Counted from the stretch's first letter, positions 1-12,593 are shown. The stretch: 64,000 bases of DNA from Spongospora subterranea f. sp. subterranea (GCA_049724395.1 JAUGWO010000033.1:1-64000); one strand, 5' to 3'. The notes: generated by a model not told the origin, from the sequence alone. Translations and numbers: made by a program.

Positions 1-59
1 CTAATCGGAGAGGTGGCTCAGCATTATAGGTCAAAATGATGATGTATTGGATGAAAAGC

Positions 60-992
60 GGTTTGGGTTCGCCAAAAGGGGGCAGCCTACGGTAGGGTGG
101 CCAGCATCTCCACAATATCTGCACAAATTGTGTTCCCGGCGGCGTGTTCGTTCCCAACACATTCAGTCGCGGGCGGCCGGTGGTTCTGAAGATCGATCAT
201 CATGGAGTCGGACCCAGAATCGACCCCGGGGTGGCGCTGTGGGTGTACTGCTTGTGAACGACCTCGACGCTCCTGGGCGCGTTCAGATAGGCGATCCCCG
301 CATCTGATGGCCGTCATGATTACGGCGAGCAATTCGGCTGGCTCCGGGCACGTCAACAGCAGATCTTTCACATCCTCGTTGAGGCCCTTTCGGAACTGGT
401 GTAGCGTCGCAGCGCCATACCAACCTGGGTCGGTGACCGGCAGCTGAAACTCGCTGGCATACGTAGCGACTCAGCAGCGACTTGGCAGCGTCTCCAATCG
501 TCGAGCGGCTGTAACTGCTTTGTTCGGACCCTCAAACCGTGCCCGTAACGCAACAATGAATCTGACAAAATCATGGAGCAACGGATACCGTCGCTCAAAA
601 ATTGGTGAGAACCACAGCAAGGCGTTTCCTGTGAGAAGGTCCCCAACCAATATCACCTTGTCGAAATCCATGGCTTATGTCCTGGGTTTACGGGTGATGA
701 CCATGGATATTTGGTTAATAAAACTTCGCAGGGTGGATTGGGAACCGTCGAAAGGATCTGGGAGGCGGACTTTGGGTTCTGGCAAGGTCAGCCGCTGCTG
801 GTAGTGCTGCGACAATTCTAGCAACTGCCGTTGGAATTGTTGCTGTTGCTCGACTAGCGCTGCCTGTAGTACCGCTTGGATCTCCGGCGCCAAAGGTTGA
901 GCAAACTGGGGAGGTTGTTCCATCGGTACCTGGAAACCCCGATGGTCGTGCGGCCTGGCTGGAAACAACTCAGATCGCTCGCGGCTGGACAT
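60..992 (-). pseudogene. gag: Ty3/Gypsy (chromovirus/Tf1-sushi-like) gag, decayed
   Basis: PEPKVRLPDPFDGSQSTLRSFINQI, in-frame TAA at 675-677, then DKVILVGDLLTGNALLWF; after frameshifts FRKGLNEDVKD and the zinc knuckle CRYCGDAGHPTVGC at ~83-124. Confidence 0.85.
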
Positions 993-1032
993 ATCGAATT
1001 GCGAAGACGATGTGAAAAAAGCAGATCGGAGT

Positions 1033-1215
1033 AGCGGTGCGTTAACCGTGAAGATGGTGTTGAAAGCGGTGCGTAAACCGTTAAGATGGTCTTGAAAGCG
1101 GTGCGTAAACCGTTAAGATGGTCTTGAAAGCGGTGCGTAAACCGTTAAGATGGTCTTGAAAGCGGTGCGTAAATCGTGAAGATGGTCTTGATAGCGGTGC
1201 GTAAACCGTGAAGAT
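1033..1215. repeat. 32-bp tandem repeat (~5.7 copies) in the retroelement 5' leader
   Basis: Unit agcggtgcgtaaaccgttaagatggtcttgaa starts at 1033, 1065, 1097, 1129, 1161 and 1193. Confidence 0.97.
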
Positions 1216-1216
1216 A

Positions 1217-1320
1217 ATTCTTGTCAAACTGTTATGGGACATCAGAATTTTCTGATATAATCACGTGTGTCTTGATACAGGCGAAGCAAAGAGTTGACAA
1301 GAATGACCAGCTTTGTCGGA
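1217..1320 (-). mobile_element. Truncated 5' LTR and primer-binding site of the Gypsy element at 60-992
   Basis: The minus strand reads ...cccataACA (ending at 1230), gt, TTGACAAGAAT; the complement of this 11-mer lies in the LTR at 1294-1304. Confidence 0.7.
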
Positions 1321-1324
1321 AACT

Positions 1325-3000
1325 CCTCCACACATTACCGTATGTATGGACCAATTCCCTTAGTCGACTTTCCCAATGATTTGGTAATCCATTTTGTATA
1401 GCGCGCTCAACCAAACCATTCATTGCACCTCGCAATTCCTCAGGAATATTTTCCCCAATATTCACATCCTCTATCAGAAACTCCCCGATCCTGATTTCCC
1501 AATCTTGTCCTCAAGATTGAATGCTCTAGGGCTGTTTTTCGGTCTATTCCTAGTTCCTTTAGCAAATCCTCGCCAATGAAAACCTCGTCACTCGGCGTTT
1601 CCCATACCAAACATCTCCGTTTACGAGTGATCAGCTCGCCCGTTGCAGTTTGTAAAGTCAGGTCTGCATATACCTCATGCGTTGCCTGAGCCCGTGTCTT
1701 ATCAGGTAATTCCAATGTGACCAGTTCCTTCAGTTCACATAATCTGATATCAGGATCCATATCCCTTATTTTCATGGCAATTGACATATGTAGGAATAAT
1801 TGTCGCTTCTGCTCCACTGTCCAGTATCCCTGGAAACAGTATCCTAGATGCAGCAATATTCACTTCAATACCACTGTTCCTTGCTTCATCCACATTCCTA
1901 TGTGGTGAAGACTTATCCAGATTTCCACAATCCTCCAAAGTTCCAGGGTTAACATTGTTGACGACCTTGCCGATTCTGCACACCATCAGATACTTGGAAC
2001 CCTGAGAGACTTTATTGCTGCTAAACTGACGTTTCCGGCGGTCCAGCAGCTCTGCCATCTCCGTCCCTGTCGGCTTGGCAGGACATTTCGCCATGGGATG
2101 CCCTTTCTTGCAGCACTTAAGACAAATGATGTCGGGGTTGTGATTCGAATTTTGCATTTGGCCCTCGTGTTTCCGGTTTCGGTTGGCACCTGCCTTCCGA
2201 ATCGGTGCTACCAGACTCCTGTCATCCAGCTCACTAGCCGCAAAAGCCTTCAATTCAGCGACGGTCTCCGCCTTGCTGACCAATGTCTCAACAAAGTCCC
2301 GCCAACATCGCTGAAGGCTGGTGTTCCGAACCAGTGTCTCTTCCTTCATCAACGCGCCTAGCTCCGGCGGTTGCAGAACCGCGACGGTCCACCGAACCCG
2401 ATTCTTTACCCCTTCCGGTGAAGAGAAGAGGTTACCGTACCCCTTGTCTTTAATCACCTTTTCCTGCCTGGCCAGTAAATCCAGCACCGACAGCTTCCCA
2501 ACCATAGTCCTGGACATCTTAATCGATAGTATGTCCTTCTGCACGGTACATACCTGCCGGCGTCGGCAATCCTCGAACAAGCTCCTGCTTGATCCAGTTT
2601 CGTACCTCGGTCCCAGTCACAACCCCTGGATCCCTATCCAGTTCGTGTATAGCGATAACGGCCAGGTGCTCCGGCTCGATCATCGTGACGACGTCTTTTG
2701 CTGTGTCGGACCTTCCAGCATCAGCAAGATGAAAATCATATATTTCCAGTTCCTCCAGAAACTTCACCAGATGGTTCCTCTGCATTCCAGCCAACCTTGG
2801 CGCGGCAATGGTTTCCATGATGTCACCAGCCCGACCTCGGACTCGATGACCATCACTTCCCGTCCCATTCTGATAGTTGACAGAGCTCGCCTCCGGATCG
2901 TCACCCAGATTAATGGGGCTTCCGCACCCACTTCAGCCTTCTCCTCATCAACAATCATTGTGACAGTCATTGTTTGGACGCCAAACGCGAATTCAAATGC
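1325..3000 (-). mobile_element. Ty3/Gypsy gag-protease remnant (second element), frameshifted and truncated before RT
   Basis: Zinc knuckle CLKCCKKGHPMAKC, aspartic protease ILDSGA, and LTLQTATG...EVFIGEDLLKELGID across ORFs 2519-2818, 1750-2580, 1440-1856 and 1232-1465. Confidence 0.85.
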
Positions 3001-3249
3001 AGATGCAAATGTTTTGCAAAAAGATCTTTGTAGCCTTTCCACGTTGGAATCCGTTCCAATTCAAATGTGTGTATTAGCCATTCGCTGGAGTCGAGCAATC
3101 CTGCTTGACGCACGCAGTAGATGAGGCCGTGGCGCACTCCATGGCATTTGGAGGTGATTAATCCTCATGCCCAAGGATTGATTATTCCCATATGTTACAA
3201 TGTGCGAGACGTATCAGATTTGAAACATGATCCCTAATGTTTTAAAAAC

Positions 3250-5587
3250 TCTCAACATGAGTCGTTCCCCATCCAATATCGCTCAGAAGAACTCGTCGTA
3301 GTGCTGATTTCTTGCAACTTTTGGCAACACGGGTTGCGGCTAATAACAGCTTCTGAAGTGGATGGAATAAAAGAGTAGATGACGTCGCGTTACGACGATA
3401 TCCGAGGACAATGTCGATATGCGGCATCAGCCATACGTATGGGTTCGATCGACTTGTTAATTTCTACAGTATCGACTGTCATACGATATCCTCTTGAGTT
3501 GGGTATAACTAATGCGGCTGATGCGTCTCGACTGCGATGATTTCTGTAGACGTAATTCTCCTTTTCTTGTGCCTGTGTGTGCTCATGCAAAAAAGTTTGA
3601 TAGGGTATTGGATAGCGTCGTAATTACAGCGGAAGTGCTTTGCTTCGACTTTTCGGTGTAGACGTTGTGGCGTGACTTTGGCTGGAGGATCATTCCCAAG
3701 GCTGGTTCGCCAAACATCAAAACTGGACACTAACTTGAGTTGGTCTGGCTTTGTCGTGCACGGAATTCCACTTGAAATGGCCCTGTTTACCATATCGTCG
3801 ATTTCCTTTTGGTGTTGCGATCGTCATCGTTCCCGATTGGAATATCGTAATCAAATCCGGGTGCTGGGTAGTCCTGTTCTGAGGCCGAGAGGCGTTTAGA
3901 TTGAGGTACCTCTTGAGCATTCATTGACATCAATTCCGGGAGTGGCACCAGGATGTCGTTATCGGTCGCGCTCGACAGCAATTCTTCTAATAGGGCTTCG
4001 GGGTCAATACCCAGTTTTCGTAATTCGGGCTTACCAATGAGGACTGTTTCCATATCTTCATCTGTGACATTGCAAGATACAGACCGGAATCTGGCTGTTC
4101 CTGCTTTAGTGACTAGTGTTAGGTCCAGGTGGGCCACTTGTCGTATGGTAGCAAAGTTTTCGGTAGTCGCCAACTTGCATTTTAATGGTGGATTTAGTGA
4201 CTCAACTAGCACTGGTCCTTTATCAGTTATTTCTTGTAGCATCCTTCGTGAAATGATTGTCTTATATGAGCCATCGTCCAGTTCGAACGGAAGACTTACT
4301 CGATTCTCTAACAGGATCCGATTACTGTCGCAGTAATCTGATGTGGCTATCAGGCGTTTGGTTTGTGCCGGGCGGTTGTTCAGTTTCTCGAACGCAGCTT
4401 TTGCGTTCCGCTGGAGTGCATTGAGTACAGACTTGTAGCCAATGGTCCCCTCCACAGAACAGACACCCTCCATCAGGTGGTTTCCTGTTTCCATATCGTT
4501 CCATGGTAGCGGCTGGTATGCTCGTACTAGGTAATGCTGGAATTGTGTGTTGCCGGTGCTGATGGCTGCTGTATGAGGCGCTGTTGGTTAAAACTCTTGG
4601 CATTTCCATGAAACGGCTTTCGTTGTTCAGATAATCTGTTGGTGTAATTACGAGTATCTTTATGGCGAGGCTTCTCAGTGAGCAGATGTACCTCGTGCTG
4701 TTGTTTGGCTTTTGCAGATAATAACTCGAAAAATTTTGCCTCATCGGCTTCTGCTTTCTGCTCATCTCCCAACTTGATCGCGTGTTCGATCATGTCGTGT
4801 AGAGTCGCCGGTCGAACTCCGGCTCGCAGGTATTTGGTCTTTCGCTTTATCCCTTTTTGTTCTTCTTTGAAGATGTGTTGAAGACCGTCGTCTTCAATAA
4901 AATCATCGAATTTGGCGAAATATGCCAGGACTCGTTCAGCAGGGTTCTTTATCTCGTCAGACTCATTACGATTTGTTGCTTGATCGCTTCGTCAATGTCC
5001 TGGCAGCTTGTTAGTCTGCTCTTGGAGATCTTTGAGATATCCGTCCAGATCTGTATCCGTTATCTCATTGTTGGGCTTCTTAAGTACGTACTTTGCCATG
5101 GCTTTTAAGATCGAAGCAGCTTTTCAAGGATACAGCATTTACGTCGTCCCCGTGAATCTCCTTTCTTTCCTTTATCAGCGAAAGATAGACTTCCCGTTCT
5201 CGGCGGAATACAGCAATCGATTCGGAATCAAACTGTTTCAAAACTGGTGGTTGTAGCGGGAAAAATAGCGGTGTACGACCTGATATAATATGTTGGTTGA
5301 TAGTTGATGCTTGGGTATCCGTTGATACCTGGTCATCTGGTCCTGGCGTGTTTGAGCTTCTCGTTTGCATTGAAATTTGCGACCGTTATAGCGATGCGTG
5401 TTCGTCCGTCGATTTAAGTTGGTTCAGTTTGTTCGTCTGGCGGTGGTTGCCGGCCAGTCCGCAAGCGTTGGTTGACGCAGAGAACCTAAGCGCTGTTTAT
5501 TTAGGATCGAAGATAGATTAAAAGTCAGGATCGCTAAAGGAATTTTGATACAGTTAATGCGATCGTTAGTACCAAAGATTCTGTACA
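3250..5587 (-). mobile_element. Ty3/Gypsy gag-protease-RT(N-terminus) remnant (third element) with probable 5' LTR at ~5386-5587
   Basis: Knuckle CLFCGGDHWLQVC, protease LDDGS...VLIGKPELRKLGID, DVWRTSLGNDPPAKV, and RT start ASAALVIP..GYRMTVD..IN..IEPI. A TG on the minus strand at 5587 coincides with the break in the Copia gag. Confidence 0.85.
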
Positions 5588-6144
5588 TTCTGCAGCCATC
5601 ACGTCGGCTGCTGCTTTGCTCTCGAAGTAATTTTGTAGTGTGCGCCATGTGGATTGCAAGTCTCTACAGTCAAAACTTAGTAACTTGTATGGTTCTGACA
5701 ATGACATCTGCAATAGGCGGTAAGCCTGATCGTGGCGTCGGTCCCAATCTTGTTGCGTGTTTGATGTCATGTGTGTATCGTCCGTTTCGGGCTTTTCAAG
5801 CAACGAGGCGTAGTCAGAAGCTGCCCGGTTGAGTTCGCTTTGGGCAGCTTGCATTTGGCTTTGCAGCAGCGCATTTTCCGGCGTTGCGTCGGCGCTCGCC
5901 TACTTCACATTGAACTGTATTGTGGCTTTTGAAGCCTGTTGCGAGCACTTTCTATACTCGGGTAGTTGGTTGTTGGCGGCTCTGCGCTCGACGTGGATGG
6001 TCGAGGCTTTGTTGCTATCATAATTTCGTACGCTCCCATGCATCGAGTTCCTATGATCACTTCGTTGCTCCACAATTGCCAGTTGTGGTCACTTAAAGTA
6101 TATGGTGTTAACTGACTTATCATTGCGATGCCTGGGCCCATAAC
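5588..6144 (-). mobile_element. Ty1/Copia PBS plus gag N-terminus, interrupted
   Basis: Minus-strand GGTTATGGGCCCAG at 6132-6145 matches the copia-type half-tRNAiMet PBS. The gag reads NWQLWS... and WDRRHDQAYRLLQMSLS...TWRTLQNYFE (UBN2-like). Confidence 0.8.
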
Positions 6145-6458
6145 CTAAAGGCGGAATAAGGTAGTCAGCTATTGTATGTGAATGATAGAGAGGCGATAGT
6201 GATGCTATCTGTAGCAGGGATGCTACTACTGTACTGAAATGATCACTGAGGTTAAGCCGAACTGATCAGCGAGATGAACCGAATTGATCAATTCGATACG
6301 CGCTTCCGTCTCACCGACCAATTCGGTTCATCTCGCTGATCAGTTCGGCCTAACCTCATTGATCATTTCAGTACAGTAGTAGCATCCCTGCTAGATAGCA
6401 TCACTATCGCCTCTCTATCATTCACATACAATAGCTGACTACCTTATTCCGCCTTTAG
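6145..6458. repeat. Near-perfect inverted repeat (arms 6145-6289 and 6316-6458)
   Basis: ctaaaggcggaataaggtagtcagc... is the reverse complement of ...gctgactaccttattccgcctttag, with few mismatches and a 26-bp spacer. Confidence 0.97.
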
Positions 6459-6542
6459 TAACTCGGAGGAATTGTATTTCACTCACGTCTAAATATTGCT
6501 AGGATAATCGAGTTCACGTCGTATTTCAACGCTGCGCCTGGG

Positions 6543-7457
6543 TTGACAAGGATGTCGCTGTTCAGATCGCAAAAAGTACGCCCAAGATCTTGCTTTTTCC
6601 AAGCAGGACCCTCAAAGAATGTTTTTTGTGACAATCTATCCGCTCATTCTACTCCAGAATTCGTTTGTGCAATGCAACCAATTGGGAAGCTACATTTTTT
6701 CCCTCCAAACGCGACGGATATGTTTGCAACCGGGTATGCACCACCTTAATATATTCTTGCCCATGAGAACTCATCAGACCTAGTTGACGCAGGGGCCGGC
6801 CGAATGCTGAAATATGGTGTTGCACAAGCACTTGACAAGTGCTTTGAGGATGCAGCGTTCAACTCCAAATGGCTCCAGGGGAAATTTAGTGCCTCGGAAC
6901 GGCGTATTCTTATGATTAAATGGGTAGGCGATGCATGGGAGCAGATATGCGGAGCAGGATATCTTCATCGATATTTACAGAAAACCGGGTATCTTCTCGG
7001 AACAACGATGTCATCAATCAAACGAATCCAAATTCAGGGCTTGAAGCACTATGCTTCAACCCGCCAAAGCAATTCGCCATAAATATTGACCTCTGATCCC
7101 GAGTACACCGACAATAGCAGCTCGGATAAGAGCAAGGAGTTTGACAGCGAATTCTCCAATGGAGAATATATGTCGGACTCAAAGGCCGAATGCTCTTCAG
7201 ATAGCCCTGAATGTGCTGAAGTGTTCGGCACTCATCAAGCTATTGAAGTGCTAGACGATTTGTCTTCCGCGCTTTTTCTTGGAAGAGTCGCCGCTGGGCG
7301 TGAAACCGTTCATGGACAAATTGTACCAGCAGACTCTGCTGTGGTCCTTATCGACGAAATCCACGATGGTGTCAGTTTAGGAGAGGATTGTTTTGGTGAG
7401 GCATACATGCGTGGCTCATATATTACTCTAAAACGTCACAACTTTCGTCCAATTTAA
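6543..7457 (+). pseudogene. pogo/Tigger-like DDE transposase C-terminal remnant
   Basis: FCDNLSAHST...FFPPNATD and SASERRILMIKWVGDAWEQI, followed by an acidic tail; frameshifted. Confidence 0.75.
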
Positions 7458-8844
7458 CAATAAAATGAGCCATGAGACACTTTTTCTCTAGCACCAAACC
7501 AAAAAATCGTATAATTTCAGAACTCTTTGAACTATACTTTGGTCATCACACGTCTGTTAGTCGACCGTGAGTGTTGTTTGACTCTTGCGTACAGACGTCG
7601 TGAAGCACAGGCGGGTCTGCACATTGATGCCATACGTGTAGATAAAGCAATCGGCAGTGTGCTCCCGAGCAGTCCAGTTGTGGTGGATAGAAGTAGATAT
7701 GCTTGACAACATTTTCAAACCAAGCCTTGATTTCATATCCACACTTACTCTCAACACTGTAAAAATTGTTTCGATGTTTAAAGGATATAATCGAATCCAA
7801 GTCGTTGCAAGTCAATTGTTCTGATCAAAGAAAATATCCTTGAGTTCCTAAGATTGCAGTACCTTCAACGTGCAGAGAGGCACGACCATATACAGCTTCT
7901 CGAAATGCATCAATAGAGGACACATTTACTTCAATAACACCTAATGACAAGCTGGAACGCGCCTGAGCATCTTTGTACGGCTCAGCTTGATACGATATAA
8001 TTCGTCATTATCGACTCGCGTGGACTGGCTTCCCGAGCTGGAAAGCGTTGGGTGAAGATCGTCACTTTGTGACCCTCCATCTTCGTGTAACTCATTGAAA
8101 TAGGACGATGACAGGGCCATGAAAATACAAGGACCTCAATCGAAATTGCTGCGATCAATGTATTTTCATATCGTGTGGTCCTGATTATTATTGGGGGGTT
8201 GAGGTTAATCAACGGATTTATGAGATGGGCTTTGGGGGTTCAACTGATTTTGTTCATTTGAACGAATTACGAACGATCATCAGACAAAGATTCAGCACAT
8301 GAATGTTCAAGTGTAGTGTATTTGAATGAAAAGTGTCGTGGCACGAATATTGTTTGGGCGATATCCTGGGGATCAGTTTTGATCTGAAGCTTTGAAATCT
8401 ATTCAGATTCAGGTTGCGCTGGAGTGTTAGGAGAATTCGAAAAGGTCAAACGGCGACGTGCAGGACAGTTGGAACCTGTAGACGGATTAGATCACTTTAG
8501 ATAACGACAATGGCGTTGTCCTGACGATCTGCAGCAGGCCTTTCCTGATTAAGGGGAACGGAATTCACATTGGGGTTGGGGTGACTAACTGCAGCTGGCG
8601 TAGGAGCTGGTGGAGCTGATACATGCCGTCAATTGTTGTTATTCTATCAAAGAGAAGCAATCGCTAACATACCAGGATCGCCATTTTCGCGCCCCAAGGC
8701 GCTAGACCAATGAATCACACACGCCAACACAAACACGAGCTGAATCAAGTTCCACACCTTCATCATTGACAAACGAGACGCTAACAACACTGAGCAAAAA
8801 TCTGAATGGTTCCTGAATTATTGTCCAACTCCGAAGCCGGCTCG

Positions 8845-9045
8845 TCACCCGCAGTTGGGTTGCCGCTCATCCATCGCCCGCAGTTGGGTTGCCGACTCAT
8901 CCATCACCCGCAGTTGGGTTGCAGACTCATCCATCACCGCAGATGGCTTGCCGACTCATCCATCACCGCAGTTGGCTTGCCGACTCATCCATCACCTTGC
9001 CGCCTCATCCATCACCCGCATTTGGCTTGCCGACTCATCACCCCG
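8845..9045. repeat. 28-30-bp minisatellite (~6.5 copies)
   Basis: Unit cagttgggttgccgactcatccatcacccg; the minus strand encodes RVMDESATQL. Confidence 0.93.
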
Positions 9046-9659
9046 CGCACCCGGTAATCCCCAAATATTGTTCCTTTGTCTGCAATGATGCTTTCAATTT
9101 CGTAATTCTTGGCTTGTATTTTTTGTTCCATTGATGTCATTGCTTCTAAAATGGTAATTGCGTCTTTTTTGTCAGATGTTTGTTTTTGGCTTTGACGTAC
9201 GTTATGATTCGTCAATATCGACTAGCGTGGAATGGCTTCCGGAGCTGGAAAGCGTTGTCGTCCCATTGCGAATCTCCATCTTCGTGTAACTCATTGGAAT
9301 TGGACGATGACAGAGCCATGAAAAGACCAGGACCTCAATTGAAATTGCTGCGGTACTTTGCCTGCTGACAGTGAAAATAGGTACGTCCGCAAAACATCGC
9401 GGATATTTCTTCCGCACAATTTCTACAGTTGCTTGAATTCTATTGCGGCTTTGTTTAGTGCTTCTTTTCTCTGTGTGATTTGTGTTTTTCATTTTTTGTT
9501 GAGCGTATCGCTGTGTGCAATTTGTGTCTAAGTTTGTTAGTTTGAGTGCCTCTTTGTGCTACACGACGCCTGCACGCAAGAGTCAAACACTCGCGGTTGT
9601 GTAATATACATCAGTATACACTGGTCAGGTGGATGACTACTGTACAGATGCTATGTAAA

Positions 9660-9690
9660 TACTCCCTCCGTTCCAAAATAAAGGGTCGAT
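9660..9690 (+). mobile_element. Solitary Stowaway/DD39D-mariner-type terminal inverted repeat
   Basis: TA followed by CTCCCTCCGTTCCAAAATAA matches the Stowaway TIR consensus; I found no partner end. Confidence 0.55.
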
Positions 9691-11888
9691 ACGGGTTTTT
9701 TCACCGGATTAAGGTCAATTATCAAAAATATCGAATTCAATTTACATGATCGCGAAAACGGTCTATTTCTTTCATATGTAATGAACTTAAATTGTTTTTT
9801 TTTGTGTTTGCGTTCAACACAGTTGTGTTAGTTCTGTAGTACCCATATCTACGCTAGGGCCAGAAGACGATGGCTCGTCATCTGGGCACAAACTCCCATG
9901 TTTGTGATAAGAACCTTCGCTATACATTACTCAGCAGTCTGTTCCACAACAATGGTAGTGTGGGTTGGAATCATTCGACTCACTAAAACCCATTGGGACA
10001 CAGGGGAGTTCCTTACGGAACTCCATTGCTGCAGGACATGTCGCCTTCATCGCAAACCAGCTACTTGTTTATAGAGGTTTTTTCCTCTGGGATTTTTCTT
10101 AGAGGTCCTCTTCCTATTCTTGCCATCAAATATTACATCCTCTTAGTCTTGCTTGAAATCTGTCCCTACTTTGTTAAATTTGTCTTTGTTGTGCTGTCAC
10201 TTGCATTGTAGTGCTTGTACGATGTTCGCGCGTATAGAAACACTCTCCCCTCTTTCTATCGACGATTTTTGAACGGCGCTCGCTGCATCCCGCGCTCGTC
10301 TGCGATACTGCCTGCAGTTGTGTGGAATAATCCAGGGATTAATCTGGGGCTGGTGTTGGCGTGTGGAATAATCCATGGATTAATCCATGGGCGTTTGGGT
10401 TGGGTGTTTGAGTGATGAGACGCCAAATCAGCCACTTCAAACACAATCGAAGAAATTTTGGTCGAATTATTATTCGGCCCATTGGGTCAATACATGTCCA
10501 GTTCTCATTAGTTGTCGCCTCGTAATGGTCCAAATCGGCCAATGTCATTATAATATCACACATCGTTATGCTTGGGGGCCGATTCCTGTACAATGGTTTT
10601 ATGCCATGATTGCGTTGGCTGCGATTGTCGTCATCAAGATCGACATCGCCAGCGACCCAGTTATTTGGTCCTTCTCTGGTTGTAACCTATCGATTAATCA
10701 CCTGCCGAGATCAATTTTGAAAATATTATAATAGTTTCTGATAACAAACTCATCTCGATACACACGTCGTTATCGCTATCGCCAACTCAGCCAATACTCA
10801 TTACAAATAATGGTGATAATCTGCCTCTGCCAGATGGCCTCAATATAACCAAATATATCAATGTCATCACGTATTCCTTACTGTAAGTTCCTTCTCGAAA
10901 ACCTTTAGCCGCCGTTGATCGCCGTTTATTGTTGGCGATCCAGTTCCAGTTTCGTTTGCGATATCGCCTGTCTCTGTCTACTGATTGGAGCATGTTTTCC
11001 GATATTGCGATATCACGCTGCAAAACAACATCGAATCGCTGATGGATTATCGCCTAGATTCCACCAATGGTTGATTGTCGTTTGCTATTTTTCAGCCTGC
11101 TTAACGACGATCTCTCTGGTTCTATCAGTAGGTTAGCTTGACAACTTTCTGTTCCACAGGTGATCAATGACCCGTTTTCAGTAATGCACGGATCGGTGGA
11201 GCCGTTATTGCAAACATGGAGAGCGTCCAACTCGTGCGACAAACTGCTCATCGTTGACGCCGTCATCGTCAACCATCGCCTGTGCGATACCTTCTTTGAA
11301 GGTCGCCAAAAATTTGGCGAGGTGTCGATCATTCAGGGCCCTCATATCTCCTGGTATTTGGCCTGAAACTGGGGTAAATGCGAGTTTGACCATGATTATC
11401 GCCTTTCCTCAGGGCCAAAATTCTCCTGTCAACGATCATTTATGTCGTCGCGATTTCGCTCCTCGTAAACTTCAATATCAGTGTATGGCAAGATCCCATT
11501 GCTGTTGGACTTGGTTCGACGTCAGGCGGCCGTATCATCGACCTGGTTCTTACGGTTCGTGTCTGTAAATAGGTCATAAACGATCGATGCGTCGTCGGAG
11601 CCGACCGAATCGCCACGAAGAACTTGTATCAATATCATGAGTTTCATCACAACATCTAAATTTATCAACAAAAAAAACATCTTATACATTTTTGGCAATG
11701 TCGTGTCCCTCGGCCATGAAAAGTTGAGGGACTATAAATAGTTCATGATTGGTATGGTGGCAGTCATGAATAATCGCGCCTCACCCAGCACTGCCGGCAA
11801 TCGGCAATCGCGCTCTGTTTGGGTCGGCCGCTGGCAATCAAACCCATTTTGATAGCGTCTTGTCACAGATTTTATTTTCTGGTCAATC

Positions 11889-12593
11889 ATGTCGGACGCA
11901 GGCGTGTCGTCGGATGAGATCACCGGCCTTGAACCCGAGATTGTCGAGAACGACGTACTGACATTTGTCACGAAGGAGCAGACTAGGTTCCCCATTCAGC
12001 GCAACCTAGCGATGACGTCGCGCTTGGTTCAGAAGATCTTGGAGACCGACAGAGACGAAACTGTGATCCCGCTTCACAACGTCAGGGGAGAGATTATGGA
12101 CAAGATCATCACGTATATGCGCCATCATATGGACAACCCGGCTAGTGAAATTCAAAAGCCGTTGAAATCCAATAATATGAGAGAAGTAATGCTCCTCTAT
12201 ACAGCTTACATCTTAGTGACTCTCGATAAAAATTAGGTCGTTGACGACCAATGGGACGCCGAATTCGTTGACGTATCTCAGGATATCTTATTCGAGCTGA
12301 TTCTGGCGGCGAACTATATGGATGTGAAACCGCTGCTCGATCTTACGTGCGCAAAGGTCGCATCAATGCTAAAAGGCAAAACCCCTGAAGAGATTCGGAA
12401 AAAGTTTAATATTGTCAAGTACGGCACCTTTGGCATTGTTTCTTCCAATGGCTGACATGTTCGGATTATGTAGTGATTTCACCCCTGAGGAGGAGGCAGA
12501 AGTACGCGCTGAGAACAGATGGGCAGATGAACCGGTAAGTTGTCTGCGAGATTATTTGAAACACACTGACAGGAAAGTGATTCTGTTCAGTAG
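11889..12593 (+). CDS. SKP1: SKP1 family protein, copy A (3 introns)
   Basis: [81 protein letters not shown] introns join the frames. Confidence 0.96.

Noticed and set aside
675..677. Programmed readthrough or an alternative genetic code at in-frame stops
   Set aside because: The surrounding element has several frameshifts, and intact genes here end in TAA, TAG and TGA, consistent with the standard code.
1033..1215. CRISPR-like array
   Set aside because: Units are directly adjacent with no unique spacers, there are no cas genes, and the context is a eukaryotic retroelement.
2321..3124. 267-aa plus-strand ORF
   Set aside because: Antisense to the Gypsy gag; no recognisable motifs.
7546..7960. 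Possible tyrosine recombinase (Crypton) remnant
   Set aside because: Only a vague SVRKS-like motif; I could not assemble the R-H-R-Y catalytic set.
8845..9045. CRISPR-like array
   Set aside because: It is a spacerless degenerate minisatellite.
9850..11500. Genes in the short ORFs between the TE cluster and SKP1
   Set aside because: Fragmented frames with no recognisable family; I cannot support a call without a search.
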